From an uncultured Gemmatimonadaceae bacterium (GTDB lineage Bacteria > Gemmatimonadota > Gemmatimonadetes > Gemmatimonadales > Gemmatimonadaceae), in NCBI GenBank assembly GCA_963761305.1, contig CAVXGK010000002.1, positions 2,592,001 through 2,656,000 on the forward strand: a DNA stretch of 64,000 nt, written 5' to 3'. Below are positions 1 through 9,268 of this stretch, piece after piece. The notes beneath the pieces were generated by a model, which made no database searches, was not told where the DNA came from, and saw only the letters and a program-made list of their open reading frames with translations. Both the position numbers and the translations under genes were made by a program. Within the stretch, counting starts at the first letter, position 1. Every line of letters begins with the position of its first letter.

Positions 1-1725
1 GCGAAAGCGCTGCGCGGCGAGATGACGCTGCGCTACACCAACAACTCGCCCGACACGTTGCGGTTCGTCTGGTTTCAGGTCGAGCAGAATGCGTTCAAGG
101 GCGGCTCGCTGAACTCCTACGTCTTCCCTGCCGAATCGCGATTCGGGGCGCGGAACTTCGAGGGCGGAGATTTCATCGACCGCTTCACCCAGGTGAACGG
201 CGCGAAAGGCACCAAGGGTCCCGGCACGCCGCTCAAGATGCGCGTCGAAGGCACCGTGATGAAGGTCGATCTCGCCGCACCGCTGGCGCCGGGACAGACG
301 GTGACGTTCGACGCCGCGTGGCACTTCAACATTCCCGAACACGGCGCCGACCGCATGGGTCGCGACGGTTCGCTCTTCGAGCTGGCGCAGTGGTATCCCC
401 GCGTCTGCGTGTTCGACGACCTGCGCGGCTGGAACACCGAGCCGTATCTCGGCCAGGGCGAGTTCTATCTCGAGTACGGCGACTACAACCTGTCCGTCAC
501 GGTTCCCGCGGGCTACCTCGTCGCGGCGACCGGTGTGCTGCAGAACGCGTCCGAGGTGTTGACGCCGACCCAGATCTCGCGCCTCGCCCAGGCGGCGAAG
601 TCGGAAACGCCGGTGCACATCGTGACGCAGGACGAGATCAAGAGCGGCGCGGCGCGCCCGAAGAAGGAGGGCATGCTCACGTGGCGATTCGTCGCGCACA
701 ACGTGCGTGACGCGGTGTGGGCCGCCGCCCCCGACTACATGTGGGACGCCTCGAGTTGGCAGGGACACATGGCGTACGCCTACTATCGCCCGAGCGCCAT
801 CGAGCCGTGGAAAGACGCGGCCGACATGGCGCGCATGTCGATCATGGAATACTCGGAGCGCTGGTTCCCGTATCCGTACCCGCAGATCAGCGCCGTCGAG
901 GGTCCGATCAGCGGCATGGAATACCCGATGCTCGCCATGGAAGACAGGAATCCCGACAAGTACGCGCTCTACAACGTCGTCACGCACGAGATCGGGCATC
1001 AGTGGTATCCGATGATCGTCGGCTCGAACGAGCGCATGCACATGTGGCAGGACGAAGGGTTCAACACGTTCATCAACTACTTCTCCGAGGCTCGTCGCTA
1101 TCCGGAGAAGGGCTCGTACGAGCAACGCGTGGCCAACGACCGCCGGGTCGTCGAAGCGTACATGCAGCACAACGTCGACATCCCGCTCGAGGTGCAGCCC
1201 GATCGCATCGACCCGCGGCTCCTCGGCGAGAACGCGTACGTGAAGACGGCGGTCGGTCTGGCGCAGTTGCGCGACGAAGTCCTCGGCCCCGCGGCGTTCG
1301 ACGAGGGCTTCCGCGAGTACACGCGCCGTTGGGCGTTCAAGCACCCGAGCCCGGCCGATTTCTTCAAGACGATGGAGAACGTGAGCGGACGCCGGCTCGA
1401 CTGGTTCTTTCGCCAGTGGTTCCTCGAGAATCCGCATTTCGACATCGCGATCGACTCGGTCGTGCAGAAGCAGGTTGGCGACGTCGACTCCGTGCAGGTC
1501 TTTTACGGAAATCGCGCGCGCGGCGTGCTGCCGATTCGCGCGCGATTCACGTTCAGCGACGGCTCCACGCAGGAATTCGACTACCCGGCCGAGGTGTGGA
1601 GCACGGACGAGATGAGCTACGACCGCATCTACGACTTCAAGGGAAAGAAGCTCACCAAGGTCGAGCTCGACCCCGACAAGCGGATCGTCGACATCGACCG
1701 GACGAACAACGTCTGGCCGAGATAG
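1..1725 (+). CDS. M1 family zinc aminopeptidase (5' truncated by window)
   Basis: HEIGH-x18-E gluzincin motif (HEIGHQWYPMIVGSNERMHMWQDEG) and GMEYP (GAMEN-like) motif; frame is open from base 1. Confidence 0.9.
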   Translation, partial: AKALRGEMTLRYTNNSPDTLRFVWFQVEQNAFKGGSLNSYVFPAESRFGARNFEGGDFIDRFTQVNGAKGTKGPGTPLKMRVEGTVMKVDLAAPLAPGQTVTFDAAWHFNIPEHGADRMGRDGSLFELAQWYPRVCVFDDLRGWNTEPYLGQGEFYLEYGDYNLSVTVPAGYLVAATGVLQNASEVLTPTQISRLAQAAKSETPVHIVTQDEIKSGAARPKKEGMLTWRFVAHNVRDAVWAAAPDYMWDASSWQGHMAYAYYRPSAIEPWKDAADMARMSIMEYSERWFPYPYPQISAVEGPISGMEYPMLAMEDRNPDKYALYNVVTHEIGHQWYPMIVGSNERMHMWQDEGFNTFINYFSEARRYPEKGSYEQRVANDRRVVEAYMQHNVDIPLEVQPDRIDPRLLGENAYVKTAVGLAQLRDEVLGPAAFDEGFREYTRRWAFKHPSPADFFKTMENVSGRRLDWFFRQWFLENPHFDIAIDSVVQKQVGDVDSVQVFYGNRARGVLPIRARFTFSDGSTQEFDYPAEVWSTDEMSYDRIYDFKGKKLTKVELDPDKRIVDIDRTNNVWPR

Positions 1726-1797
1726 CGCGGAGCAACGTCGGACTGATAATTGTTTCGACAGCTCGACCAGTGGCTGGTTGGACCTTAGAATTGCCCC

Positions 1798-2445
1798 ATG
1801 TCGCGACTCGTCGTTCGCTGCTTCGCGGTGTCCGTCGACGGCTTCGGCGCCGGACCGGATCAGAGCCTGGATCATCCGCTCGGCGTTCGCGGACCGGAGC
1901 TGATGGAGTGGTTCTTCGCTACCCGGACCTGGCGCCGCATGCACGAGCGCGAGCCCGACGGTGAGACCGGCGTCGACGAGTCATTTGCGGCGCGCGGATT
2001 CGAGAACATCGGCGCCTGGATTCTCGGCCGGAACATGTTCGGCCCGGTGCGTGGTCCCTGGCCCGACGACTCATGGAAGGGCTGGTGGGGCGACGAGCCG
2101 CCGTATCACACGCCGGTGTTCGTGCTCACGCACCATTCGCGCGCGACGCTCCCGATGGCCGGCGGCACAGACTTTCACTTCGTCACCGACGGAATCGAGT
2201 CGGCGCTGCGTCAGGCCAAACAGGCCGCGGGCGACAAGGACGTGCGGATCGGCGGCGGCGTGGCGACGATCCGGCAGTTTCTCCAGGCCGGTCTCATCGA
2301 CGAGCTGCACCTCGCGCTGCGTCCGGTGCTCCTCGGCGAAGGCGAGAACCTGTTCCGGGGCGTGGACCTGCGGCGGCTTGGCTACTCGGTCGTCGAATCA
2401 ATCGCGGGTGAGCGGGCAACACACCTGATCGTGCGACGCGTCTGA
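1798..2445 (+). CDS. Dihydrofolate reductase-like / RibD C-terminal domain protein
   Basis: N-terminal SVDGF, ILGRNMF, VRIGGG, LIDEL...PVLLGEG motifs of the RibD_C family. Confidence 0.85.
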   Translation: MSRLVVRCFAVSVDGFGAGPDQSLDHPLGVRGPELMEWFFATRTWRRMHEREPDGETGVDESFAARGFENIGAWILGRNMFGPVRGPWPDDSWKGWWGDEPPYHTPVFVLTHHSRATLPMAGGTDFHFVTDGIESALRQAKQAAGDKDVRIGGGVATIRQFLQAGLIDELHLALRPVLLGEGENLFRGVDLRRLGYSVVESIAGERATHLIVRRV

Positions 2446-2470
2446 TTCGCTCGCGCGCTCGCGCGGCCGC

Positions 2471-2980
2471 TCACCGTTTTTTCGCCAGGATCGTCCCGCG
2501 GCAGGTCGCCGCGCCGCAGTGGCACGGATAGCGTCGCTTGGCCGCCGGCGTGTGACGTTCCTCGAGCACGAACGCGTAGTCGTAGGCCAGTTCCTCGCCC
2601 GGCGCGATGTCGCGGATCGCCTCGATCCAGATCCGCTCGTCGTCGATCACCGCGTCGCAGTTGGGCGCGCACGAGTGATTGATGAATCGCGCTTCGTTCC
2701 CATCGACGGCGGCGTCGATCACGATGTCGTCGTCGATCGCGAACAGAAAGGTGTGGTGTCGCGCCTGCGTTTCGTCGTCGGGATAGCGCGCGTCGGCCTC
2801 TTCGCTCGTCACGCGCTCGCCCGTGTACTCGATGAGACGCGTGCCTTTGCGGATGCGACGGGTCGCGAATGCCCCGAGTCCCTGAATCGACGACGCGCGA
2901 ATCTCGAACGGCAGCTCCGATGCGGACTTCTCGCGCGTGCTTCCCGCCGCCCGCGGCGCGCGTGAGCGCGACCGCCTCAC
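2471..2980 (-). CDS. SET domain protein-lysine methyltransferase with post-SET motif
   Basis: GLGAFA, RFINHSCAPN, EELAYDY and C-terminal CHCGAATCRG. Confidence 0.9.
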   Translation of the reverse strand: MRRSRSRAPRAAGSTREKSASELPFEIRASSIQGLGAFATRRIRKGTRLIEYTGERVTSEEADARYPDDETQARHHTFLFAIDDDIVIDAAVDGNEARFINHSCAPNCDAVIDDERIWIEAIRDIAPGEELAYDYAFVLEERHTPAAKRRYPCHCGAATCRGTILAKKR

Positions 2981-3540
2981 GTGGGCGTGTGCCGGGACTG
3001 AACGTGCGTGACGCCGCCCGAAATGATGAACGCCATCACGGCCGAGGCATCGGCTTCGATGCGCTGCACGCGGTCTGCGGGCACGACCAGGATGTGCCCT
3101 GCCAATCCGTATGACTGCGGCATGTACACGGACACGTGGCCCGACACGCCGAGCGACGCCAGCGAGTCGGACGTCAGGAACGCCAGCACTTTGAGCGAAC
3201 CGTCGGCCGAAAGCGATACGAGCACCGGCTTGTCGAACCGTCGCTTCTCGCCCACGAACGCGTTCAGCATGTCCTTGGCCGACGAGTACAGCAGCCGCAC
3301 GAAAGGCAGCCTGTCGAGCACTTCGTCGAGCGCGCCGACAAGGCCGCGCGTGACGAGCCCCGACGCGAGAAACCCGACGCCGAGGATCAACAGAACAGTG
3401 ATGAGGAAGCCGACGCCCGGAATCGGGAGCCCCAGCCAGCCGTCGATCGTCCGGAAGACCACCGCGCAGACGTAGACGGTGATCGCGAGCGGCGCGACCA
3501 CGACCAGACCACGGAGGAAATATTTGAAGAGGCGCGACAT
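2977..3540 (-). CDS. DUF502 family membrane protein
   Basis: FLRGL..VAPLAIT, LPFVRLLY, F.KPVLV, FIISGG pattern; 4-bp overlap with the SET gene; start chosen at MSRLFKY. Confidence 0.8.
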   Translation of the reverse strand: MSRLFKYFLRGLVVVAPLAITVYVCAVVFRTIDGWLGLPIPGVGFLITVLLILGVGFLASGLVTRGLVGALDEVLDRLPFVRLLYSSAKDMLNAFVGEKRRFDKPVLVSLSADGSLKVLAFLTSDSLASLGVSGHVSVYMPQSYGLAGHILVVPADRVQRIEADASAVMAFIISGGVTHVQSRHTPT

Positions 3541-3579
3541 GCCGACGCCAATATACACGCGCCCGGGAACGAGGCGCGT

Positions 3580-4911
3580 CTAGCGCGGCGGCTGAAGGCT
3601 GAGAAATACGGCGCCGCCGAGCGGCGTGAGCGTTCCATACGCGAGGCGTAGCGTCTCGGGCAAGCGAGTCACCAGTCCGCGGACGCCGAGGCCGAGCCGC
3701 CCGCGGTTGCCCGTCACGACGTCACGGGAAATGCCGAACGACAGCTCGCGAATCGTGAACGACTGTCCGAGGTCGCCGCCGAGGAACCCGAGATCGTCCG
3801 CCGTCTTCTGCACTTGCTCGGCGCGCCCGAAGACGGATGTCTTGTGTCCCAGGTCGAGCGTCGTTTCCAGCAACGCGCTCGCTCCGAGGTGGTGCGGCGG
3901 GACCGGCGCTGTCGGATCGTGGACGTGTTCGCGCGCGCCGTGGTGGTGCACGTCCAGTCCCCAGACGAACGCGCTCGACCAACTTCCGCCCCCGACGCCG
4001 TTCATCGCCGTGAGCACCGACGCGCCGTAGCGCTGCATGCCGGTGCCGGGATCGAGCGGATCATGATCGAACAGGTAGCCCATCCAGGCCGACAGCATCA
4101 CGCGGCCGCTCGCCGCGACGGACACGCGGCCCGAATACGAATCGAGCCGCGCGTCGGAGTATTCGGGGAGGTTGCTGCCGTCGTCCGACTCGCGCGCGTT
4201 GAACGCCGAGCCTTCGACTTTCACCCGGGTCGTGTAGAGGCCCGCTGTGACGACGCCGTTCTCGCCGTGCGTCGCGTCTTCCCAGTGATGCGCGAGCGGC
4301 GCGAACGGATCGTCGGCGTCAGACGGACGATGATTGAACGTGACCGGCCCGATCGCCGGCTCGCCCACCGCCGCGGCGTAGGTCGAGAGCGCGAGTCCTG
4401 ACATGAGCGTTTGGCCATACGATGCGGCGAGCTGCATCAGCGCCGGGTGCGGATGCTCGCGATTGGCGATCCGTGCGTCCTGGTACGCGCCGCCCGTTTG
4501 CAGGATCTCGGGATACCCGCGCGGGCCATCGACCAGCGACTCGAGGCTCGTTCCGATCGTCGTGGCAAAGACGCCGGTTCCCAGCCGGTGCATCGCCGTG
4601 GCCATCTCCCAGTCCGAGATGCCCAGCTGGCGACCGCCGTGAATCGTGGTCTGCGTGTCGAGTTGCACGAACATCGAGCCGTGCACCATCGTGCGCCACC
4701 CGCCGATCGACGCGTGGTACATCGGCACGACCGACGAGTCGGGCAGCCACGACGTGCCCGATCCCGTTCGAGTGGACGGAAGGCCCAACGGCAGCGGGAT
4801 GCCGCGCGTCTCCTCCATGCGACTCATGTCGTGCTGCGCCCGAAGCGGGGCCAAGAAGGGCTCGAGCGCCGCCGACACCATGGCGAGCGCGAGCATTCGC
4901 GAGAATCTCAA
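3580..4911 (-). CDS. Secreted hypothetical protein, probable outer-membrane beta-barrel with His-rich segments
   Basis: Signal-peptide-like N-terminus; amphipathic strand-like segments; SGTSWLP, HRPS, PLAHHW..ATH and a HHHGAREHVH loop. Confidence 0.6.
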   Translation of the reverse strand: MRFSRMLALAMVSAALEPFLAPLRAQHDMSRMEETRGIPLPLGLPSTRTGSGTSWLPDSSVVPMYHASIGGWRTMVHGSMFVQLDTQTTIHGGRQLGISDWEMATAMHRLGTGVFATTIGTSLESLVDGPRGYPEILQTGGAYQDARIANREHPHPALMQLAASYGQTLMSGLALSTYAAAVGEPAIGPVTFNHRPSDADDPFAPLAHHWEDATHGENGVVTAGLYTTRVKVEGSAFNARESDDGSNLPEYSDARLDSYSGRVSVAASGRVMLSAWMGYLFDHDPLDPGTGMQRYGASVLTAMNGVGGGSWSSAFVWGLDVHHHGAREHVHDPTAPVPPHHLGASALLETTLDLGHKTSVFGRAEQVQKTADDLGFLGGDLGQSFTIRELSFGISRDVVTGNRGRLGLGVRGLVTRLPETLRLAYGTLTPLGGAVFLSLQPPR

Positions 4912-5008
4912 TCGGTCGGCGGCCCAATGATCGGCATGTCGCCCAGCCTATCCGGCGACGAGCTGCGCGGTTCCTGCGACCGCCGATGAAGACACGTAAA
5001 TTTTCGCG

Positions 5009-5638
5009 ATGCCAGACTACCGTGCTTCCGTCCGCCACCTCAAGCGAGTCGATCCCGTGATGGCGCGCGTCATCGAGCGCGTCGGTCCGTGCCGAATCCA
5101 GCTTCGCGACGGCGGCACGCATTTCCAGGCGCTCGTCCGCTCGATCGTGTTTCAACAACTCTCAGGGAAAGCGGCCGGGACGATCCACGCGCGGTTCGTG
5201 GCCCTCTTTCCGGACGGCGGACCCGAGCCCGCGCTACTCCTCACATTTACGGACGCTCAACTCCGCGGCGTGGGGCTCTCGCGCCAGAAGATCGGATACC
5301 TGCGCGATCTCGCCGATAAGGTCGTGTCCGGTGGCCTTCCGTTGGACGCCGTCCATCGGATGGACGATGACGAGCTCATCGATCACCTCATCCAAGTCAA
5401 AGGAATCGGCCGCTGGACCGCGCAAATGTTCTTGATGTTCCGGCTCGGAAGACGCAACGTACTGCCGGAGCTCGACCTCGGAATCCAAAACGCGATCCGC
5501 CGCGCGTATGGCAAGCGCAAACGACCGAGTCCCCGACAAGTCCTCGCAATCGGCGCGAAATGGAGTCCGCATAGCACCGTCGCGTGTTGGTATCTATGGC
5601 GATCGCTCGAGAATGGGGATGGCCAAGGCGCGACCTGA
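5009..5638 (+). CDS. alkA: DNA-3-methyladenine glycosylase II (HhH-GPD, AlkA-like)
   Basis: IVFQQLSGKAA, VKGIGRWTA HhH motif, LPELDLGI, W.P..T.A.WYLW. Confidence 0.85.
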   Translation: MPDYRASVRHLKRVDPVMARVIERVGPCRIQLRDGGTHFQALVRSIVFQQLSGKAAGTIHARFVALFPDGGPEPALLLTFTDAQLRGVGLSRQKIGYLRDLADKVVSGGLPLDAVHRMDDDELIDHLIQVKGIGRWTAQMFLMFRLGRRNVLPELDLGIQNAIRRAYGKRKRPSPRQVLAIGAKWSPHSTVACWYLWRSLENGDGQGAT

Positions 5639-5657
5639 CCCGGCGGCACGGAACCAC

Positions 5658-8099
5658 GTGACCGCCACGCCTGTCTCGGGCCCCAGTTTCGCCGAGCGCG
5701 TGTCCCCGGCACAGCTTCCGCTCGAGCGGAAGCTGCCGTTGCTCGTGCTCGCGCTGTTCAGCGTCATCCTCGGCGCGTGGGCTGCCGCGTCGTACTACGA
5801 AACGCGTCGCGCCGCCGAAGTCGCGGCCGCGGAGCGGCTCTCGACGCTCGCGCGGATCGTCGGAGCAGCCGTCGAGCAACTCAACAACATGCGCGTTGGC
5901 GCGCTCAGCACGGTGGCGCGCGATACAGCGGTGCAGGCCGCCCTGCGATCGCCGGACCGGCCGCTCACGTCGGCCGCGCAGAAGTCGCTCGCGACGCTGT
6001 TCGCGCCCAACGGCGCGGCGATGGCGCCCGCCGAGCTCTGGACGATCGACGGCCGCGTCGCCGGAAAGCTGGAGCTCGATCTTCCCACCGAAGCGCGGGC
6101 GTTTCGAAAAGATCTTCTCAGAGCGTTGCGGCCGGGGAATCGCGATTCGCTGCTCATTGGGCAGATCCACGCGCTCGGACGCCTATCGGCCGTCTGGATC
6201 GGCGTGGTCGTTCGCGACGCCGGCGGCGGGCGCTTGGGATACGTCGTGCAGCAGCGCCACTTCGGGGCGACGCCGGCCATCACGCGCACGCTGCGCGACG
6301 TCGTCGGCGGACAGGGAAGCCTCTACGTTCACAACGCGAGCGATCCGACCTGGGTGTCGTTCACCGGCGAGCCCGTGGCAGCGCCGCTGCGTCACCGCGA
6401 GTTGATCGACAGCCTCGGTCTCGTCGAACGTCCCGGGCTGGGCACGCTGCTGAGCGCCTCGGCGCCCGTCCGCGGTGCGCCGCTGCTGGTGACGATCGAA
6501 CAGCCGCTCGCGGCGATTCTCTCGCGACAGACCGCGTCGCTCCGAGTGCTCGGTACGCTCGCTTTTCTCTTCGCCGCCGCCGGCGCGTTTCTCTCGTGGA
6601 TCGCGACGCGCCGCATCGTGCGCCCGCTCGCCGAGTTGACGAACGCCGCCGAGTCGATCGCCAACGGCGAAGTGGCGTGGCGCGTCGACGTCGACCGCAC
6701 CGACGAGATCGGCCGCCTCAGCACCGCGTTCAACCGGATGGTGCAACGCGTCGAAGATTCGGCCACCGCGTCGGCCGGCGCGGTCGCGCGCCTGACCAAG
6801 TCGGTCGAGACGCAGGAGTTTCTCGCCGAAGCCAGCCGGATCGTCGCCGGCTCGCTGTCCGACGAGCGTCTCCTGTCGGACCTCGCGCGGCACTGCGTTC
6901 CGCGCCTCGCCGATTTCTGCACGATTCACGTCGCCGAGGACGACGGCACCATCCGCCGCATCACGACCGTGCACCGCGACCGCTTGAAGCAGGAAGCGGT
7001 CGTCGATCTCGTGCGGCGGTTCGCGTATCGAGTGGACGGACCGGGCGAAGTCTCCGAGGTCATTCGCACGCAGCGTCCGATCATCGTTCCATTCATCGAT
7101 CGCAACGCCGTGCGCGCGTCGATCGACTCGGACGACATGAAGCGCCTGTTCCAGCAGATCGCGCCGAATTCATTCATGTGTATTCCGCTCGTCGCGCGCG
7201 GCCGCGCGTTCGGCGCGATGTCCTTCACGATGACGACGTCGGGCCGCCGCTTCAGCGAAGAGGACCTCGAGATCGCGACCGAAGTCGCGCGCCGCACCGC
7301 GGTGGCGATCGACAACACGCTCATCTATCGCCGGTCACTCGATCTGCGGCTGGAGGCGGAGTCGGCGAGCAACGCCAAGTCGGACTTCCTGGCGAAGATG
7401 AGCCACGAGATCCGCACGCCGATCAACGCGATGATGGGCTACGCCGAGCTGCTGCAGATGGGCATCGGCGGACCGGTGACGGCCGCGCAAGCGACGCAGT
7501 TGTCGCGCATCCGCGCCAGCGGCGAGCATCTGACAGCGATGATCGGCGAAATTCTCGATCTCTCGAAGATCGAGGCGGGCCGGATGGGCGTGGAGCCGGC
7601 GGTCGGTATCGTCGGCGACGTCGCCGAGGCCGCGCTCGGACTCATTCGCCCCGCGGCGACCACGAAGGGCGTCGATCTCGATGCGCGGCTCCGCGGCGCG
7701 CCGCGGACCACCTACGTCGGCGACCCCCAGCGCGTTCAGCAAATTCTCACGAACCTGCTCGGCAACGCGGTGAAGTTCACGCCGGCCGGCGGCAGCGTGT
7801 CGGTCTGCTGCGGGAGCGCCTCCGAGCCGGCCGCCGAAGAGCGCGTCGCGCCCTGGGCGACGATCACCGTGCAGGACAACGGCGTCGGCATCTCCCCGAA
7901 CGATCTCGAGCGCATCTTCCAGCCGTTCGTGCAGGTGGACGGCGGCTACACCCGCTCGCACGGCGGCACGGGACTCGGCCTCACGATCAGCCGGAATCTC
8001 GCGCAGATGATGGGCGGCGACATCACCGTCGAGAGCGTGCTCGGCGAAGGCTCTCGGTTCACCGTCTGGCTTCCCACGCCGGCGTCGACGGCCGCGTAG
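5658..8099 (+). CDS. Sensor histidine kinase (periplasmic sensor-HAMP-GAF-HisKA-HATPase)
   Basis: Two TM segments; HAMP (DEIGRLSTAFNRM); GAF; H-box MSHEIRTPIN; N-box NLLGNAVKFT; G-boxes DNGVGI and GGTGLGL; GTG start chosen after the alkA stop. Confidence 0.9.
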   Translation: MTATPVSGPSFAERVSPAQLPLERKLPLLVLALFSVILGAWAAASYYETRRAAEVAAAERLSTLARIVGAAVEQLNNMRVGALSTVARDTAVQAALRSPDRPLTSAAQKSLATLFAPNGAAMAPAELWTIDGRVAGKLELDLPTEARAFRKDLLRALRPGNRDSLLIGQIHALGRLSAVWIGVVVRDAGGGRLGYVVQQRHFGATPAITRTLRDVVGGQGSLYVHNASDPTWVSFTGEPVAAPLRHRELIDSLGLVERPGLGTLLSASAPVRGAPLLVTIEQPLAAILSRQTASLRVLGTLAFLFAAAGAFLSWIATRRIVRPLAELTNAAESIANGEVAWRVDVDRTDEIGRLSTAFNRMVQRVEDSATASAGAVARLTKSVETQEFLAEASRIVAGSLSDERLLSDLARHCVPRLADFCTIHVAEDDGTIRRITTVHRDRLKQEAVVDLVRRFAYRVDGPGEVSEVIRTQRPIIVPFIDRNAVRASIDSDDMKRLFQQIAPNSFMCIPLVARGRAFGAMSFTMTTSGRRFSEEDLEIATEVARRTAVAIDNTLIYRRSLDLRLEAESASNAKSDFLAKMSHEIRTPINAMMGYAELLQMGIGGPVTAAQATQLSRIRASGEHLTAMIGEILDLSKIEAGRMGVEPAVGIVGDVAEAALGLIRPAATTKGVDLDARLRGAPRTTYVGDPQRVQQILTNLLGNAVKFTPAGGSVSVCCGSASEPAAEERVAPWATITVQDNGVGISPNDLERIFQPFVQVDGGYTRSHGGTGLGLTISRNLAQMMGGDITVESVLGEGSRFTVWLPTPASTAA

Positions 8100-8128
8100 T
8101 CGATCGTTCCTCCGGCTAACTTTGGAGG

Positions 8129-9259
8129 ATGAGCGTCGCAGCCGTTCCCACCGAAATCACCGACCCGATCAACGCGCGGATCCTTGCCGTCTCCGAGGAC
8201 CGCATCGCGGGTTTCTTGATCGATCCATTCGTCGAGATCGCGCGACTGGCCGAGCTCGACGTCGCCACCGTGCACGAGCGGCTGCGCGCGATGCTGGCCG
8301 CGAAAACGATCCGCCGCATTCGCCAGACGCTCATGGCGACGAACCTCGCGCCCGGCGCGCTCGTCGCGTGGCGGGTGCCGGCCGACCAGCTCGACGCCGC
8401 GTTCGACTTCATGTGGAAGGACGATCCGTTCTCCGGCCACATCGTCATCCGGTCGACCGACGCCGAGACGACCGGGTCGGCGTTCCGTCTGTGGACGACG
8501 CTCAAGGTGCCGCAGGGCTTCTCGATGGCGCGGCATTGCGACATGCTCGCCGCCCGCGTCGGGGCCGAGACGTATCGCGTCATGCCCGCGAAGCGGCTCT
8601 TCGCGCTCGGCGTCGGCCACGTGCGGCGGCGCGGCATGGAGCCGGGGAGCAAGACCGACGAGCTCGGAGCGGTCATCGACACGAACATCGTCGAGTTGAC
8701 CGATCTCGAATGGCGCGTGCTCGAGCCGCTCAAGCGTGAGTTCACGGTCGACGAAATCACCGACGATCCCTGGGTCGCGCGCGCGGACGAGGCCGGGCTG
8801 CCCGTTCACATGTTCGCATCCGTCGCGCGATCGCTCAACGAGCGAGGCGTGATCGGCCGCTTCTCGACGTTTCTCGAGCACGTAAAGCCGTCCACCGCGG
8901 GAACGCGCGTCACACGGTACAACGCGCTCTTTCACTGGCGCGTGCCGCCCGGACGCGAGATCGAAGCCGGCCGCGAGATCGGCCGTCATCACATCCTCAC
9001 GCACGCGTACTGGCGCGAGGGCGGTTCCGATTTCGCCAACGTGAACATCATGGCCGTCGCGCACGGCACCGAGAAACCGAGTGTGCTGGCGCACAAGGCG
9101 GCGATCGACGCGCACCTGGAATCGATCGGCATGCCGGTGTCGTACACGAACGTCTTCTGGGGCGGGCGGAGCGAGATCAAGCCGTCCGAGATCTCGCCCG
9201 CCGCCTACGCGCGCTGGTGCGCGGCCATGGGAATCGACGCCGCCGCGATGCGCGGCTGA
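8129..9259 (+). CDS. Tandem Lrp/AsnC-like protein resembling fused siroheme decarboxylase (AhbAB / NirDL-like)
   Basis: Two internally similar halves, each with an HTH (PF..IA..A / PW..RA..AG) and a His-containing motif (SGHIVIR, THAYWR). Confidence 0.6.
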   Translation: MSVAAVPTEITDPINARILAVSEDRIAGFLIDPFVEIARLAELDVATVHERLRAMLAAKTIRRIRQTLMATNLAPGALVAWRVPADQLDAAFDFMWKDDPFSGHIVIRSTDAETTGSAFRLWTTLKVPQGFSMARHCDMLAARVGAETYRVMPAKRLFALGVGHVRRRGMEPGSKTDELGAVIDTNIVELTDLEWRVLEPLKREFTVDEITDDPWVARADEAGLPVHMFASVARSLNERGVIGRFSTFLEHVKPSTAGTRVTRYNALFHWRVPPGREIEAGREIGRHHILTHAYWREGGSDFANVNIMAVAHGTEKPSVLAHKAAIDAHLESIGMPVSYTNVFWGGRSEIKPSEISPAAYARWCAAMGIDAAAMRG

Positions 9260-9268
9260 GCGCGAACC

